A stretch of 64,000 nucleotides of DNA from Trichosphaerium sp. ATCC 40318. Taxonomy: Eukaryota > Protista > Tubulinea. Under the pieces are notes generated by a model that worked only from the letters and a program-made list of their open reading frames with translations, ran no database searches and was not told the DNA's origin. A program made the position numbers and the translations under genes. Positions 1 to 13,036 of this stretch are shown in pieces (position 1 is the stretch's first letter; every line of letters begins with the position of its first letter). The stretch is from assembly GCA_038496445.1 (NCBI GenBank), contig JALMLS010000354.1, positions 496,001 through 560,000 on the forward strand. The letters are read 5' to 3'.

Positions 1-197
1 AACAGAAACACAAGCTGAAACCGATTCTTCAAAGTCCCCACGATTGTTGACACAGGAGCGTAGGACACGAGATACACTCATTGTATTTTCTGCAAGGTGA
101 AACGTGATACTTTGTGCTGATACTGTTGCACTATTTTTTATCTTTTGATCGGACCACCTTAGACTATTTTGTTTCGTCGGTAATTTTCTGCAATCGT

Positions 198-563
198 ATG
201 AGTAACAACTATTTATTCTATGGTGGTTTGTGGGTTTTGGGTACATCATTATTACATACGTTTGGTGGTCAGCGGGACCTTATTAACCCAATGATGGGCG
301 CATTCGACATAAACGACGATGCAAAGGCCCAATTAGTAGGTAGTTGGCATATAGTAACACTAACACTGTTTGCAACGTCGTATATACTGATTAAAAACGG
401 ATTAAAACGTGAAGAGTCTTCTCGTGGCTTGATACGCTTTCTGGGGTGGATGCATGTTCTGTATGGAGGTGTTTTTATGGTATCTAGTGTAGTACACCAA
501 GTGTGGATTCCTCAGTGGATATTATTGACTCCTGTTGGTGTTTTAGCCTTATTAGGTGCCTGA
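198..563 (+). CDS. Small intronless multi-pass membrane protein, bacterial-like hypothetical
   Basis: ATG at 198 lies in ORF 114-563. About four hydrophobic helices with the motifs LHTFGGQ, WHIVT and PQW. No introns. Confidence 0.7.
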   Translation: MSNNYLFYGGLWVLGTSLLHTFGGQRDLINPMMGAFDINDDAKAQLVGSWHIVTLTLFATSYILIKNGLKREESSRGLIRFLGWMHVLYGGVFMVSSVVHQVWIPQWILLTPVGVLALLGA

Positions 564-1015
564 ACTCAATAAAAGATCGTAAGTTACACAGTATTGCAAA
601 CAGCACGGTAATCAAAGTGTGGACATTTATGTAAGTGAAAGCGTTGGAAAACAATAAGGCTTGTAGTATTGATGAAGCATTTCAATAAAGTCACGTGTCA
701 TAGCTATTTTTGACAATGAAAAATTTAATTGTTTAAGCTCACTACGCAACTTCCCGCGAAAGCTTGAGAACCTACTTTACGCTGGCAATCTCGGCGGTAT
801 TGAAGCAACTCCGAACTTTCACCATAAGAAATACGACAAGCATGTCCGAAACCATCGTGGGCTGTTCTTTTAAATCTTTGGCGGTTCCAAAAAATTAGAA
901 GAAAAACTTTGTCAAAGAACTTCAAAAGCTAGCCTGTAGCTGACACCCAGCCTTGCTCATTTTTTCATACAATCAGGATTTATCACGTGTCTAACCTGTT
1001 CTGCGATAAAAGAAG

Positions 1016-3744
1016 ATGGAAAAAAGTGATCTAACCGAGAATACACCAAAACACTCTGGTTCGCTTGTAAATTATTGTAATTTGTTATTTACTACAAGTA
1101 GTTGTGTCTGCAGGAGAAGTTGTTTCGCCTTTTATTAGAATGATGTCAAACGATTTTGTACAGAGAACAATGATTAGCTGTTGTTCCTTTACGGAAATAG
1201 CTAAACTTACACTGTGCTCACATGTGTTGAGACGCCTCTGTCTTCGCTGTAACTGCAATTGTTATAAAGAATCCAGAAGAAGCCAGATTGATAAAAAAAA
1301 ATCAAATGGTAGCCGCTCTAAATGACTATGAGCCGGTTGAGGGAATACCTCAGTACTGTGACTCGTGGAGACTTGGAATACGTACTATCATGAGGAAAGC
1401 AGGTATAACATATCCAGGGCGATTGTTATATAGAACTGCGTACAAAGTTTGCTGTCATATTATCGGAAGGTGTGTTTTTTTGAATTTGCACTGATTGATT
1501 TTGTCTATTTCAGACAACGTTCAATTTTGATCACGTGTTTCAAGAGGTTTTTTAATGCTATAATTCGCTCATAATGTTTGTTACAAGATTGTTGTTTGAG
1601 GCAAATTATAGTCTGAATACTATTGAGGAAGTTAATATTATGAACTATTTTGGTATTGTACAAGCTGTTGAAAAAGTGAAAGAAGAAAGCATGTTTAAGT
1701 GCTTAAGGTTAGTTTCATGTTATCTAACATTAAACTGACAACGTGGTAGTTCATATACTGATGTTCCAGATACCTATGATGATAAACAAGCTTTGGAAAA
1801 GAGTAACAAATATCTTACTGCTCACGGCATTGAAAACATCCAAGATATTGTTTTATCGAGAAAACAAAGAGAAGACGAAGTTGAGGAAGCACAAGTATGT
1901 CAATTGGTGTTTTGTGTTACTCTCACACTTGATAGGAATCAAAATCACCCTTCTTTCAACCTATGGCTTTATTTCATCATATAAGCGCTTTGGGGTACCA
2001 CGTAACATTGAAGGCACTTGTGACTCTTGATATATGTATCCACGATTGTTTGCTATCAATGTTTTTAATTGCACACAATATCTCGTCTGTGAATAATTCA
2101 TGCATTGTCACCAATGATAGCTTTAAATTAGTATGGCATTTAATTTATAAGAACAGTGAGGAACCATGTGACAATCAATATATTCAAAACTTACCTTGTT
2201 TAACACAACCAGTAATTGAGTACGTATTGCCTTTTTAGAGCGTCAATTAACTATCTTATTAAGAGTGGACTTGAACAGTATAGAGACTAAAGTGTTACCG
2301 TGCATTGCTAGGGTTGGTAATTTATCGCTTTGTGATGTAACTTTTGTTGTGATTGATAAAGAGACACCATTGTTCCAAGTTAAATGTTCCAAATATACGC
2401 TATGTGCTAATAGCATGTACACAAAAGATGACCACTTATTTAATTGCATGCAACTTATAAAGGCTTATTAGGTATTTTAAAAATCAGTTGATAGGTGGTT
2501 TCAAAAAAGAAGATGTGATCCAATACGTTCTTGTTGATGATGAGACACCAGAATCTGCATTTCATTTCTTGAATATCATGACAAGTGTTGGATTTGATAA
2601 AGAAATTGAAATACTTAAAAAAGCAAAACTACCTTTTGAGACTCTTAAAGGTGTTATAGTAAAGCTTGGAGAGGTACTTCTATTTTTGTAACCCATTCAA
2701 CAATGTGTGCCTGTTCAGAAAGTCAACCTATGTTATTGTTACTTTTGAGTGTACAGTACATGTAGCTAAACGATACATTGATAGGTTCTTGCTGAGGATG
2801 CACAATATGATTTTTTTTGGTCTGTAATGTTGGACTCTGAATCAAGTATTTTGGCTCTTCTGAATCTTACAGGAAGCTTATTAAAGCAAGCTACTCGTTA
2901 TCACTGTAAAATGTTATTTTCACACATATCTAAAAAGTATAAAAGAGGATATATGTTTATGGACGCTATTATTGATGGGAACAAAATAGCTATTCCAAAG
3001 CGTTTGCTACAATTGTTTATTGAGTCTTATTCAACTGATAAGTTACCCTACTTTGTATCACCAGCACATTTGTGGATACTTGCTAGTACGATAAATTCTT
3101 GATTAGTATTTGTTGTTTACAAGGCATTTACCAAATGAATTAGGAATGGGACAACACCATGATATTGCTGAAAAGTTAGAACCATATTTGCCACCTACTT
3201 TTGCATCACATCTTTACTTGTGTAAGGACAACCCTGAGCAACTTTGGTGGCATAAATACTTGGGTAGTATCGTGACTAAAGAACAGCTTAACAAAAGCGC
3301 AATAAGAATCAAGAAGGCGTGTACTAGTAAGCAACTCAAAAGGTACCAAACCATCTTGGTTTTCGAATTGTTAATTTAGTTGATAAGAGAAGTAAAGTTG
3401 ACTGGATACACTATTACGTTTGAGAATGAATCTGATTGTTTTCTACTTGTTGCAGGAGGTCTAATGTGGTACTGTTCATATTGTTTGGTTAATTTTAAAC
3501 CTTTGATAGGGAGATATCAAAAAAAGACAAGAACATTATTGTGGATCTAGAGAACGGAATTGCTGATAATCTCTTGTACATGAAATACACTGTAAAGGCA
3601 ATGTCTATGGTCAAAAAATTATGTATTGAAGAGGTGGATGGTAAATGTGTTGTACAATTTATTGTACCTATTGATGATGACGATGATACAGAGTTTAAGA
3701 TACAAATAACTGGAAAATCAGTGGCTGATATAAAGTGCTTGTAA
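1016..3744 (+). CDS. Multi-exon protein: F-box-like motif, H4-like fold, H3-like fold, BTB/POZ domain (paralog A)
   Basis: Joined by hand across GT-AG introns (e.g. 1470-1513, 1895-1935). BTB signature CDVTFVV...KYTLCANSMYFKNQLIGGFKKE. Needs one frameshift in the A-run at about 1293-1301. Confidence 0.75.
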
Positions 3745-4626
3745 CAACTTTTCCAGAAGCTGTAGTACTAGCAGACAACATCGCAAGTAAACTAACATGG
3801 CTGACTTTGTTTTATGCATTAGTACTCTTTGTTGTTGCTAGCAATAGTAAGTCACTCCAATTGTTTTTGAGCCTGTCACGTGGTTAAGTAAGTTACATGA
3901 ACGAATGGTGGCTACCCATTCCCAGCTTATCACTTCGTAGCTATGGTATAAAAATGGATATCCACAATGTGGTGATTGACATACCCTTGACAACAATTAC
4001 TGTTGAACGTCCAACAACAAGTCAAGTCTATATAAATAGACTAAGTGGGTGATAGTACGTTAACATTACAGAATTTGGTTCGACTAAATTACATAAAAGC
4101 GTGTGAATGTTTGCTTCATGCGGTGCGACGTTTAGTAGGGGTACCCATCGCGGTGATTGAGCGCATAATCAGCCCTATGCTTTGTTTTTAAAGATTTTTT
4201 TTTTTCACCTCTTTCGGACACAGTCACAAATTATAAGATTGTGACAAACACGGGACTATTTTACAATATTTAACGAGGTCGCCTGCAGGTGGAGAGTAGA
4301 TTTAAACAGGATACAAGATAATTTGTATTTGTTGAGCTTATTCATCCGACAGTGATGATGATTTGCTTATAAAGCTCTAGCGTCGCTTCCGAGACAGTTT
4401 TAACACTTGTTTGACAAACATTGCAACGCCTGCCAGTACTTCTCTTTACGGCACTGACCGAATCACAACCCTGTCTATATTATTAGGCCCAAGGGCATAC
4501 ATATTGAACATAGGAAAGCGATAGTAACGCACGTGACGCTAACAAACTTTTGTTTGAAACGGTGTTGAATTGTGTTTGACCTTACAAACAAACCACTATA
4601 AGACAGGTGACATTACTTTAAAGAAA

Positions 4627-6639
4627 ATGGAAGTAGAGCCAACCAGGAATATACTTCGGCGAGCGGGTTCGTATTCATTATTTTAATTTAAATTGTAATT
4701 TAAAGTGAATACTAGCTGTCGCTCGAAATGATTATGGGTTTTATGAGGTCATTCAGCAGTACTGTGGCTCATGGATACTTGGGATACCCATCACAGAGTG
4801 AGTGTTTGTTTTATTGCTACATTTTCATTGACAAAGAAAGCATCAAATCACATGTGTCTGAAGAGTTTTTCACTGATGGGCGATTTGGGTTTTGCGCTGA
4901 GAATATTCGGGCTTTAAACTCAATTTCTCATCAAATTTTTTCACGCAGTTTTATTTAGACGCTGTTGTATTTTTCGTAAAGCTTTTTGTTTCAAAGAATG
5001 ATATCTCGATTCTTATTTTTTTTTACTAGGTCTTTGTTTCACTCAATGTTGTCAACTGCAATACATTATATCGCATCAATGAAGAAAAGGTTATTTATTA
5101 GCTTTAAATATGTATGGCGTTTAATTAATAAGAACAACAAGGAGTTGTGTGACGTTCAACCAGTAATTGAGTACATACATCACCTTGTTTGCTTGAAAGT
5201 TAATTGTTTATTAAGAGTGGACTTGAACAGTATAGAGACTAGATTATTACCTTGCATTGATAGAGCTGGTAACTTATCTCTCTGTGATATAAGGGTAGTG
5301 GTGATCGATAAAGAGACACCATTGTTCCAAGTTAAATGTTCCAAATATACACTATGTGCTAATAGCGTGTACATGAAAGATATCTTTTTAATTGACTGAA
5401 GTTTGCTAGGTATTATAACTGCCTGTTAACAGGTGGTTTCAAAAAAGAAGTTGTGATCCAACATGTTCTTGTTGATGATGAGACACCAGAGTCTGCATTT
5501 CATTTCTTGAATATCATGACAAGTGTCGGATTTGATAAAGAAATTGAAATACTTAAAAAAGCAAAACTACCTTTTGAGACTCTTAAAGGTGTTGTAGTAA
5601 GACTTGGAATGGTACATTCTTTTTTTCGGTAAATATCACCTTATGTTGTTCATGTGTACCTAAAATATATCTTGTAGGTAGTCACTGAGGATGTACAATA
5701 CAATTTTTTTTGGTCCATGATGGACTCTGAAGCAAGTATTTTGGATCTTCTGGATGTTGCAGGAAGGTTTTTAAAAAAGCAAGTTAGTCCTGATGACTGT
5801 GGAATCTTACATTCACGTGTATTCCACAAGTATACAACAGGCTTTCACTTTATGAATGGTGTTTTTGAATGTGGGAAAAGCATAGCAATTCCAAGGGGCG
5901 TACTTGCGTTATTCCTTAAGTCGTATTCATCTGAATCGCCATTCTTTGTATCAATAGCAAACCTATGGATACTTGCTAGTACGATAAATACTTGATTATT
6001 ATTGTTCTGGTTGTACAACACATTTACCAAATGAATTAGGAATGGGACAACACCATGATATTGCTGAAAAGTTAGAACCATATTTGCCACCTACCTTTGC
6101 ATCACATCTTTACTTGTGTAAGGACAACCCTGAGCAACTCTGGTGGCATAAATACTTGGGTAGTATCGTGACTAAAGAACAGCTTAATGAGAGCACTATA
6201 CGACTTCGGCAGGCATGCACTAGTAAACAAGATAGAAGGTACTTTATTTGTGTTTTGGTATATGCATTATTAATTTGCTCATAAAGAGAAGTAAAGTTGA
6301 CTGAATACACTATTACGTTTGAGAATGATAAAAATTGGAGTCCATTTGTTGCAGGAGGTCTTATGTGGTACTACTGAAATTTTAGTTGATTAATTTTAAA
6401 CCTTTGTTAGGAAGATATCCAAAAAAGACGAGAACATTATTGTAGCTCTTGAGAGTGGAATTGCTGATAATCTTTTGTACATGGAATACACTGTAAAGGC
6501 AATGCATAGGGTCAAAAAACTACGGATTGAAAGGCTGGAGGGTAACAGTGTTGTACAGTTTTTAGTACCTATTTCTGGTGATGTTACAGAGCTTGAGGTA
6601 CAAATAACTGGGGAATCAGTGGTTTGTATGTGTTTGTAG
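4627..6639 (+). CDS. BTB/POZ-domain protein, tandem paralog B, with a shorter or degenerate histone-fold-like N-terminus
   Basis: Same exon layout as 2259-3744, with near-identical blocks (VDLNSIET, GGFKKE, MGQHHDIAEKLEPYLP). N-terminal exon model is uncertain. Confidence 0.7.
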
Positions 6640-6745
6640 CAACATTTTAAAGAAGCTCTTAAAGGCATTTGTAGTATCAGTAATTCAAATCTAATTTAAT
6701 AATGTTGACAAATGTAGTTTTATTTGAGTAACTAAATTAAAACAA

Positions 6746-9700
6746 TTAATGTGGCGCCCATTTACCACATATACAACAGTTTGTTTTACCACTACCAAAT
6801 GCACAACTATTACATAATTTTGCTGGTATTTTCGTACTTCCACACCACTTTCCACATTTACAACAGTTATCTGCTTTTGAGCCGAATCTACAGTCATGAC
6901 ATCTTATAGCAAATGTTGTACTTGTTGCTATCCATTTACCACATCTAGCACAATTATCCTTACCAGAACCAAAGCCACAACAGTTTCCATAGTAAGCTGC
7001 CTTTTCTTCTCTTTTTTTATTTTCATTGTAAATCTTTTGTCTGTTCCTTCTCCATGGTGGTATCTTCTCTAGTGGTCCACGACATATAGCAACAAACAAA
7101 GCCTAAAACAAGTTTCAGAAGGTTATAGTGAATATGTTATCATACACATAATGGAGGTACACCATCATCAACGTTAATAGAATGCTCAGAATAGTCAACG
7201 AGCTAAAGACATTGTCAGACGTCAAGAAATTCAGTGAACTCTTTCTTTACCTTCGATTCGTCTCCTTTTACTGTCAGCTTTCCGTTCTCATTAAGAGTCC
7301 AACATATTCCATTATTATCTTCAAGGAAAGACTTTTTATCACATGAGTACACAGCATAAGTCCATGTTTGGTCTTGACGAAGAATGTGAGTTTGTTGAAA
7401 AAAGTATAAAGTCGCAATAAAAGGTACTTGCCTACAGCATCAGCCTTTAGTCTGAATTTTGGACTACCATCATTATCAACCAATTGGACATATCCGTAGT
7501 CTCTATGATTTGTTGCTTGGTCACTACAATGAGATAGACTGAATCCTCTTGTAGTAGCATGCCATTTATACTTCTCTTTTACATCATTCATGTCTACAAC
7601 CAACATCAGAACACAGATAATAACAAATCACAATAGATCTCATGTATCACTTTGGCAACACTCAAGAGAAAAGAAAAAAGAAGTTTAAAACCGAAATAAA
7701 AGCCATGACAATGAAGAAATTAATCAAAAAAACACGTGGCAAAACTGTTTTTTTCGTCTTGTAAAGAACGTACTTTGTAAGATACCGGCTTTGCCTCCAT
7801 CTTCGGCTGAGTAAGACCAACGCACTGATCCGGATGATATGTTACCACCCTTGTATGGATTAGAATACTTGGCACGTTGTACATCCATTTTTTCTTCATT
7901 GATGCGTTTCCTCTCTGCAGCAGCCTTAAGTCTTTCTGCTTCTTTGCGTGCAGCTTCTTCTGCCATTTCAGATCTTACTTTCCTTGATAATTCTCTGATA
8001 GTCTTGAGCTCTTCACAATTAGGGTATAATGCCTTGAGGTTCTTCTCAGCTCTAAAGTAAACGGATAAGTATGAGACGTCTTAAACTAGTTATTGTCGTA
8101 CTCATCTGCAGTGTACATCTCACATTCTCCAGCGAATTTCTTATGTACCTTTACACTTTCTTCTTTGAATGTGCATTCAATCTAACCACGGTTAAGTGAG
8201 CGGTCTTTCTTTTATATACGTACATCAATCTTCTTGGCTTCAATATCTTCAATAAGCATCTCAGAAGGTGAGTCATCATCCATAACGCCTTTAGTCAAAC
8301 TACATTTTGTCTCGGCACCTTCTAGGTATTTCAAAGCAGCAACTAATGGTGAAAGAGCACTAAAAAAGCGAACCAAGTCAGAAATTAAGTATTCAGGAAA
8401 GATAAAAGAGTGCGTACCTTGGGTATGTAACTGGTGTTTCTAATCTCTCATACTCGTACAAAGCCATATCATACAATCGACGAGCTTGGTACATGTAAGC
8501 AGAGTACTGGATCTTTGAAGGCCATTCTTTATTGACTTTTGTCATAAGAGCCTTAGCATCCTCAATATACTCTAATGTTACTGCGACCAATTCACTACCA
8601 GGTGCAACAGCTGACAACTCATCAACGTATTCTGTTGATATGATGCGTTAGGATAACAGCACAAAGAGGAACAAAAAAAAATAATATCACGTGCTTTGTA
8701 CAGTCGTCAAATATCTTGTTCTCATTGAACCTGTCTCTTGCTGCATTCTCTCCAATGTGCGTTGTTTATCAGTTGGTATTGAACCATCCAGAGCGACAGA
8801 ACTGCCAAGGAAATTGCGAATCTACAAAACGAAGTTATATAAGTATTGCTGTTTTGCTTTGGTGGTACCTTGTCAAGATGTTTGTTACAGTTTGCTAATG
8901 CGCTGTTGATGGACTTTAATGGTTTTTGAACGTTCAGTGGTAGTTTCCAGTTTACTTCAAACAACGTCATCTCGAACTGTAGTTGCATATTAGTACTGGA
9001 GGTTCAGTAGGGCGAGTGTACCTTTTCTTTTGGAAGCGCACCAAAGACACGCATGTTAAGTTTATCGACTTCTGTGATAAACTCTCTAACAGGGCCACAG
9101 TGTAGGTACAGTTTACGAAGGTCTACAATAAGTGCATTGATGTACTTAAGTTTCCTTCCAGCAACTTCAAAGTCTCCTTTACCCAGTGCATTTGAGGCTT
9201 CTTGTAGATTTGGTTTTTCTTTCTCTAAAGTTTCTGAATAGAGTTTAGAGTCTATTGCTTTACCTAGATGGAAAATCAACCTACAGTATTGGTAACATGC
9301 TAAGTTATAACTTACAAACATTGTCATTAAACTTTGCATTTGTGGCATCAACCTTCGCCAAGAGGGAAGCTGCTTGTTCGTTTTTAGGATGACAAACTCT
9401 CAACTTATGAACAAGACGGTTCAATTGTAAGAGCAATATTAGTCCTTGATTCTCTTGAGCAGTATCATAGGCTGTTTCAACCCACGTGATCAAGGCATTA
9501 GCACGTGTTTGTACAGATGAAACATCCTATTAAATAACATAAGACGAGGGGAGAAAAGCAAGAGGCTTACGTGTTTAGCAATAGTGTCTGCCATTGATTC
9601 ACTCTTTGCAAGAGCGGCATCAACCTGTTGTAGGGTTGTTTTGGCTTGTGCTACGCTTGCATACTTCCTTAAGTCTGCAGAAGCTTTCATAATAGATTCT

Positions 9701-12554
9701 CTAGTTTCTAAAACCTTATCAATATTACTGTCATCTACTGCAAGATGTAACAACTTCAAAGGTGTCTAAAAAATAACAAACGTTAGAGGGGCTTTTATAA
9801 TGTTCACAAACCTGAATCTTGCGGACTAGAACGCTAATATCGTGTTGCTGTATGATAGCTCCCATTTGTTCTTGTACATCTTTCAATAATTTGCTACCTT
9901 GGGCGTAAAGTCCTGATTTGGTGAGTTGGTTAGAATGTTTTGTTTTTTGAAAGTTTTACCTGATAGTTGTGATTCAGTCTTAAGGCTTTCCATTTGTTCT
10001 AAGCATTCAGTAACTTGTTTTTTGTAAACAGAACAGCGTCGAATATCTTTCTTTTCTAAAGCAGCTTTTAGGTTGTTTGTAGTACTATTTCCAAGAGCAA
10101 CAAGTTGTTCAATCTTTCTTTCTAAGAAAGAGTTAGCATGAAACTTCTGATGACGTTTTTTCTCGAATTGTTCATAACCAGTTTTCTTATTGTACTTACT
10201 CTTTACTAATCCTCCAATCTGTTTATCTACTTCTCTTTCTACTGTATCAACTTGTTTCAAAAAATCTTGTACTTGTTGAACAGATGCAAATGACCTTTAA
10301 CCATAGAGTCAACCAAAAAAAGTGTATTCATTTCCTTTCGAAAAGACGTACGTTCTAAGCTCTGCAGACAAAGTACGTAATTGGTCCAGGCTCAGTATGC
10401 ATTTTTCTACTTCTTTTTGTTCCAAGTAAGTAGCTACCCAATGTATTGCTTGAGCTGCAGGTTGAAGCTAAACCATATGAACAAATGAACGAAATAAAAA
10501 AAAACCAAGATAATTACCGCCCCACTGCTTGCTTGTCCCCAAAATAAAAAGACTACTGTAAACATACCACCAACATTGCTCTTGCTGCAAGAAGTTTAGG
10601 TCCAAGTGCCGCAATAGAAACCTCCAATTCCTTGGTATGTGTCTTACATAGTTCAACAGCGCTTTCACTTGCTAAAAGTTGTACTATAAGTACACAAATA
10701 ACCCTTTTCATACAACGTACTGAATGCTGATAGCTCAGTGACTAGTACTCTGAATTGTTCTATGCTTTGCTGCGCACGCACTAAGTAACCGGTTCTCATA
10801 CTACTATCCAAAGAGCGCTTAACACTCTGAATTTTGCGAACAATCTGGCTGACTTTAAGTTCTTCCACAATTTTGGCTAAATAACATATCAGCGAAAAAG
10901 GCTTGGTGCTCTTCCCATGGTACGTACGAACTTCTACTTCGATTAACTTCTTTTTCTCTTCGTAGTTTGTACGAAATTCATCCAGGAGTGGTATTTTCAT
11001 GCCATCAAAACGGCAAGGTGAGATAAGCTGTAGACAATCACGTGTTAGTTTTGGATACATCCGTTTGAAGTTTGTGTACCTCTGAAGCTGACTCTTGACA
11101 TCTTTCCCAGTAGTTAAGTGCTTTTGGCGCATCCTTCTTGTTTAAATATGATTCAATCTGTCTCAGGAACATATTGGCTTTTGTAGAAAGCTTCTTGACC
11201 TAAAGCACAAAAGTATTAGTATAACATTGATATCAGGCAAAAAACCATCCAGGAAAAACTAGTCGTACTTCATCCTCACATTTGATAGCCTCAAGTTCTA
11301 CTTCTTTTTCTTGCATGTATTTAACAGTTGTATTCCAGTATATCTTTCCATTATTAGAACTCAGTAGCTCCTCTTTAGCCTTTGCAACAGCTTGTTGAAG
11401 CTTTTCAAAATACTGTTGTAGGCGTGTTGGGTTACCACGCTTCATATTACTCTCAAGAGACCGCTTTGCGAGTTCAATAGGAGATGTAACCTTTTTCAAA
11501 CTCTGTGCAACAACAGCTAAGTCGAACCATCAGTATAAATACGTCATGCGTTATCAGTCTTACCATGTTCCAACTCGACAAAACTTTGGCGAACCTCTGC
11601 TAAAAAGGTTCCTTCCGCCTCCAAAACATCAATGTTAGGACCGATTATGGATTCTAGAGTTTTTCTGTACTGAAGTGCACGTTTTGCATCACGTGCAATG
11701 TAGTTTTTCATGAAGCTCAACTGACTTTGTATTCGAAAGTTAGTATTCCTTTTGTTACGCAAATTATTACCTTTTCATTTTACCATAGACAACCTTAAAG
11801 AGAGCAGCTTGTTCAGCTGGTAGATTACTACCTGGTGTTTGTTGTGCTGTTTTAGACGTTGAAGTCGGTTTTGGTGAAGAAGCAGTACTTCTGGACGTTT
11901 TAGTAGCGGCAGGTTTGGGAGCAGGAGCATCACCTTTTTTGAAAAGTATGAGAAAAAGACTTTTTGCTCGTTTAGGTTTGGAGACTTTGACAAATCACGT
12001 GGGTTATTACCTGGTTTGATGCCAACTTTTGCGAGATTCTCAAGCAGTTGCTTGCCAGCGTCATCTGATTCGAGGATAGCAACGCTTTCTGGTGTAAGAA
12101 GCTTTGCAATGTTCACATTGTATTGCTCTACACGTCTTGTGTTATTCTTTTGGGCATAGCTGTTTCTGAAGCGAAGCTTGTAGAAGGTTAAAACAAAAAA
12201 CAGCTTAAAAATGAGAAGTGTTGAGAAACGCTTACTTGATTGTTAATTGACTTTATTACTTTCTCTAGTGCTTTAGCTGCTACTACTTTCTCTACTTGTG
12301 CTGGCGCATCTGCCATAAACGTTTCTAGTTCAGTCTTGTATGCTTTTCCCTAAAAACGCGTCAGACGCACTAAAAAAGTATGGGTATACTTCAGGAGTTG
12401 CTTCTAGGAGGTCTGCTATTGATGCCAGCTTGTCGTTTATTTGACCCAACGCACGGTTAACTCTATCAGCATTACCTTGCTTTGTGTAGGTCGTAACGAA
12501 ATTACGTTGCGATCTAATAGAGTTCTGCACCGTTCTTAGCTTACGGTCTGCCAT
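6746..12554 (-). CDS. Large multi-exon protein: N-terminal helical-bundle repeats and coiled coil, C-terminal triple PHF5-like zinc finger
   Basis: Exons checked join in frame (e.g. VPPLC|ALFVAICRG). The C-terminus has three CxxCxFGSxxxNCxxCGKW-type units. Confidence 0.7.
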
Positions 12555-13036
12555 ATTGTCAATTCCGTTGTAGCAATGGGTTAGTATTCCTTTTTACGGG
12601 TTTCAAACGTGGCAACGATCTTCCACTGTTGCTTTTTGCTGAAAATAGGTTCACTGTTTGGCAATTTCTCATGAACTGACAGAAAAGCAACTCACAAACT
12701 TCTTTTAACTCATGTTACCCTTTAGAGCAATTTATACTAAATATACTATTAAGGGTTCAATAAAAATTCGTGTTTTCTGAACCTATGGCAATTTTATTGT
12801 AGATTGCTTTTTTATTGATTAAAACGTATTTCTTTCGCTCAATTTAAGCGTTACGAGTGTTTTTATTACCTTTGCTTTGCAGCAAACCTTTTCGTTATTT
12901 TTACATTCTTTTCTACAGCAATAATACCCCTGGCACTACCTCTAAAGTACAATAACGGTGTTTAATCGTTTGTTTGGTGTTGTTACTGGTCTACAAAACC
13001 TGTTTTTGTTAATTGTGTTGCTTCAGTTCCTTGTTC

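Noticed and set aside
4351-4457. Possible C/D box snoRNA (TGATGA...CTGA)
   Set aside because: Weak terminal stem and no rRNA guide I could verify.
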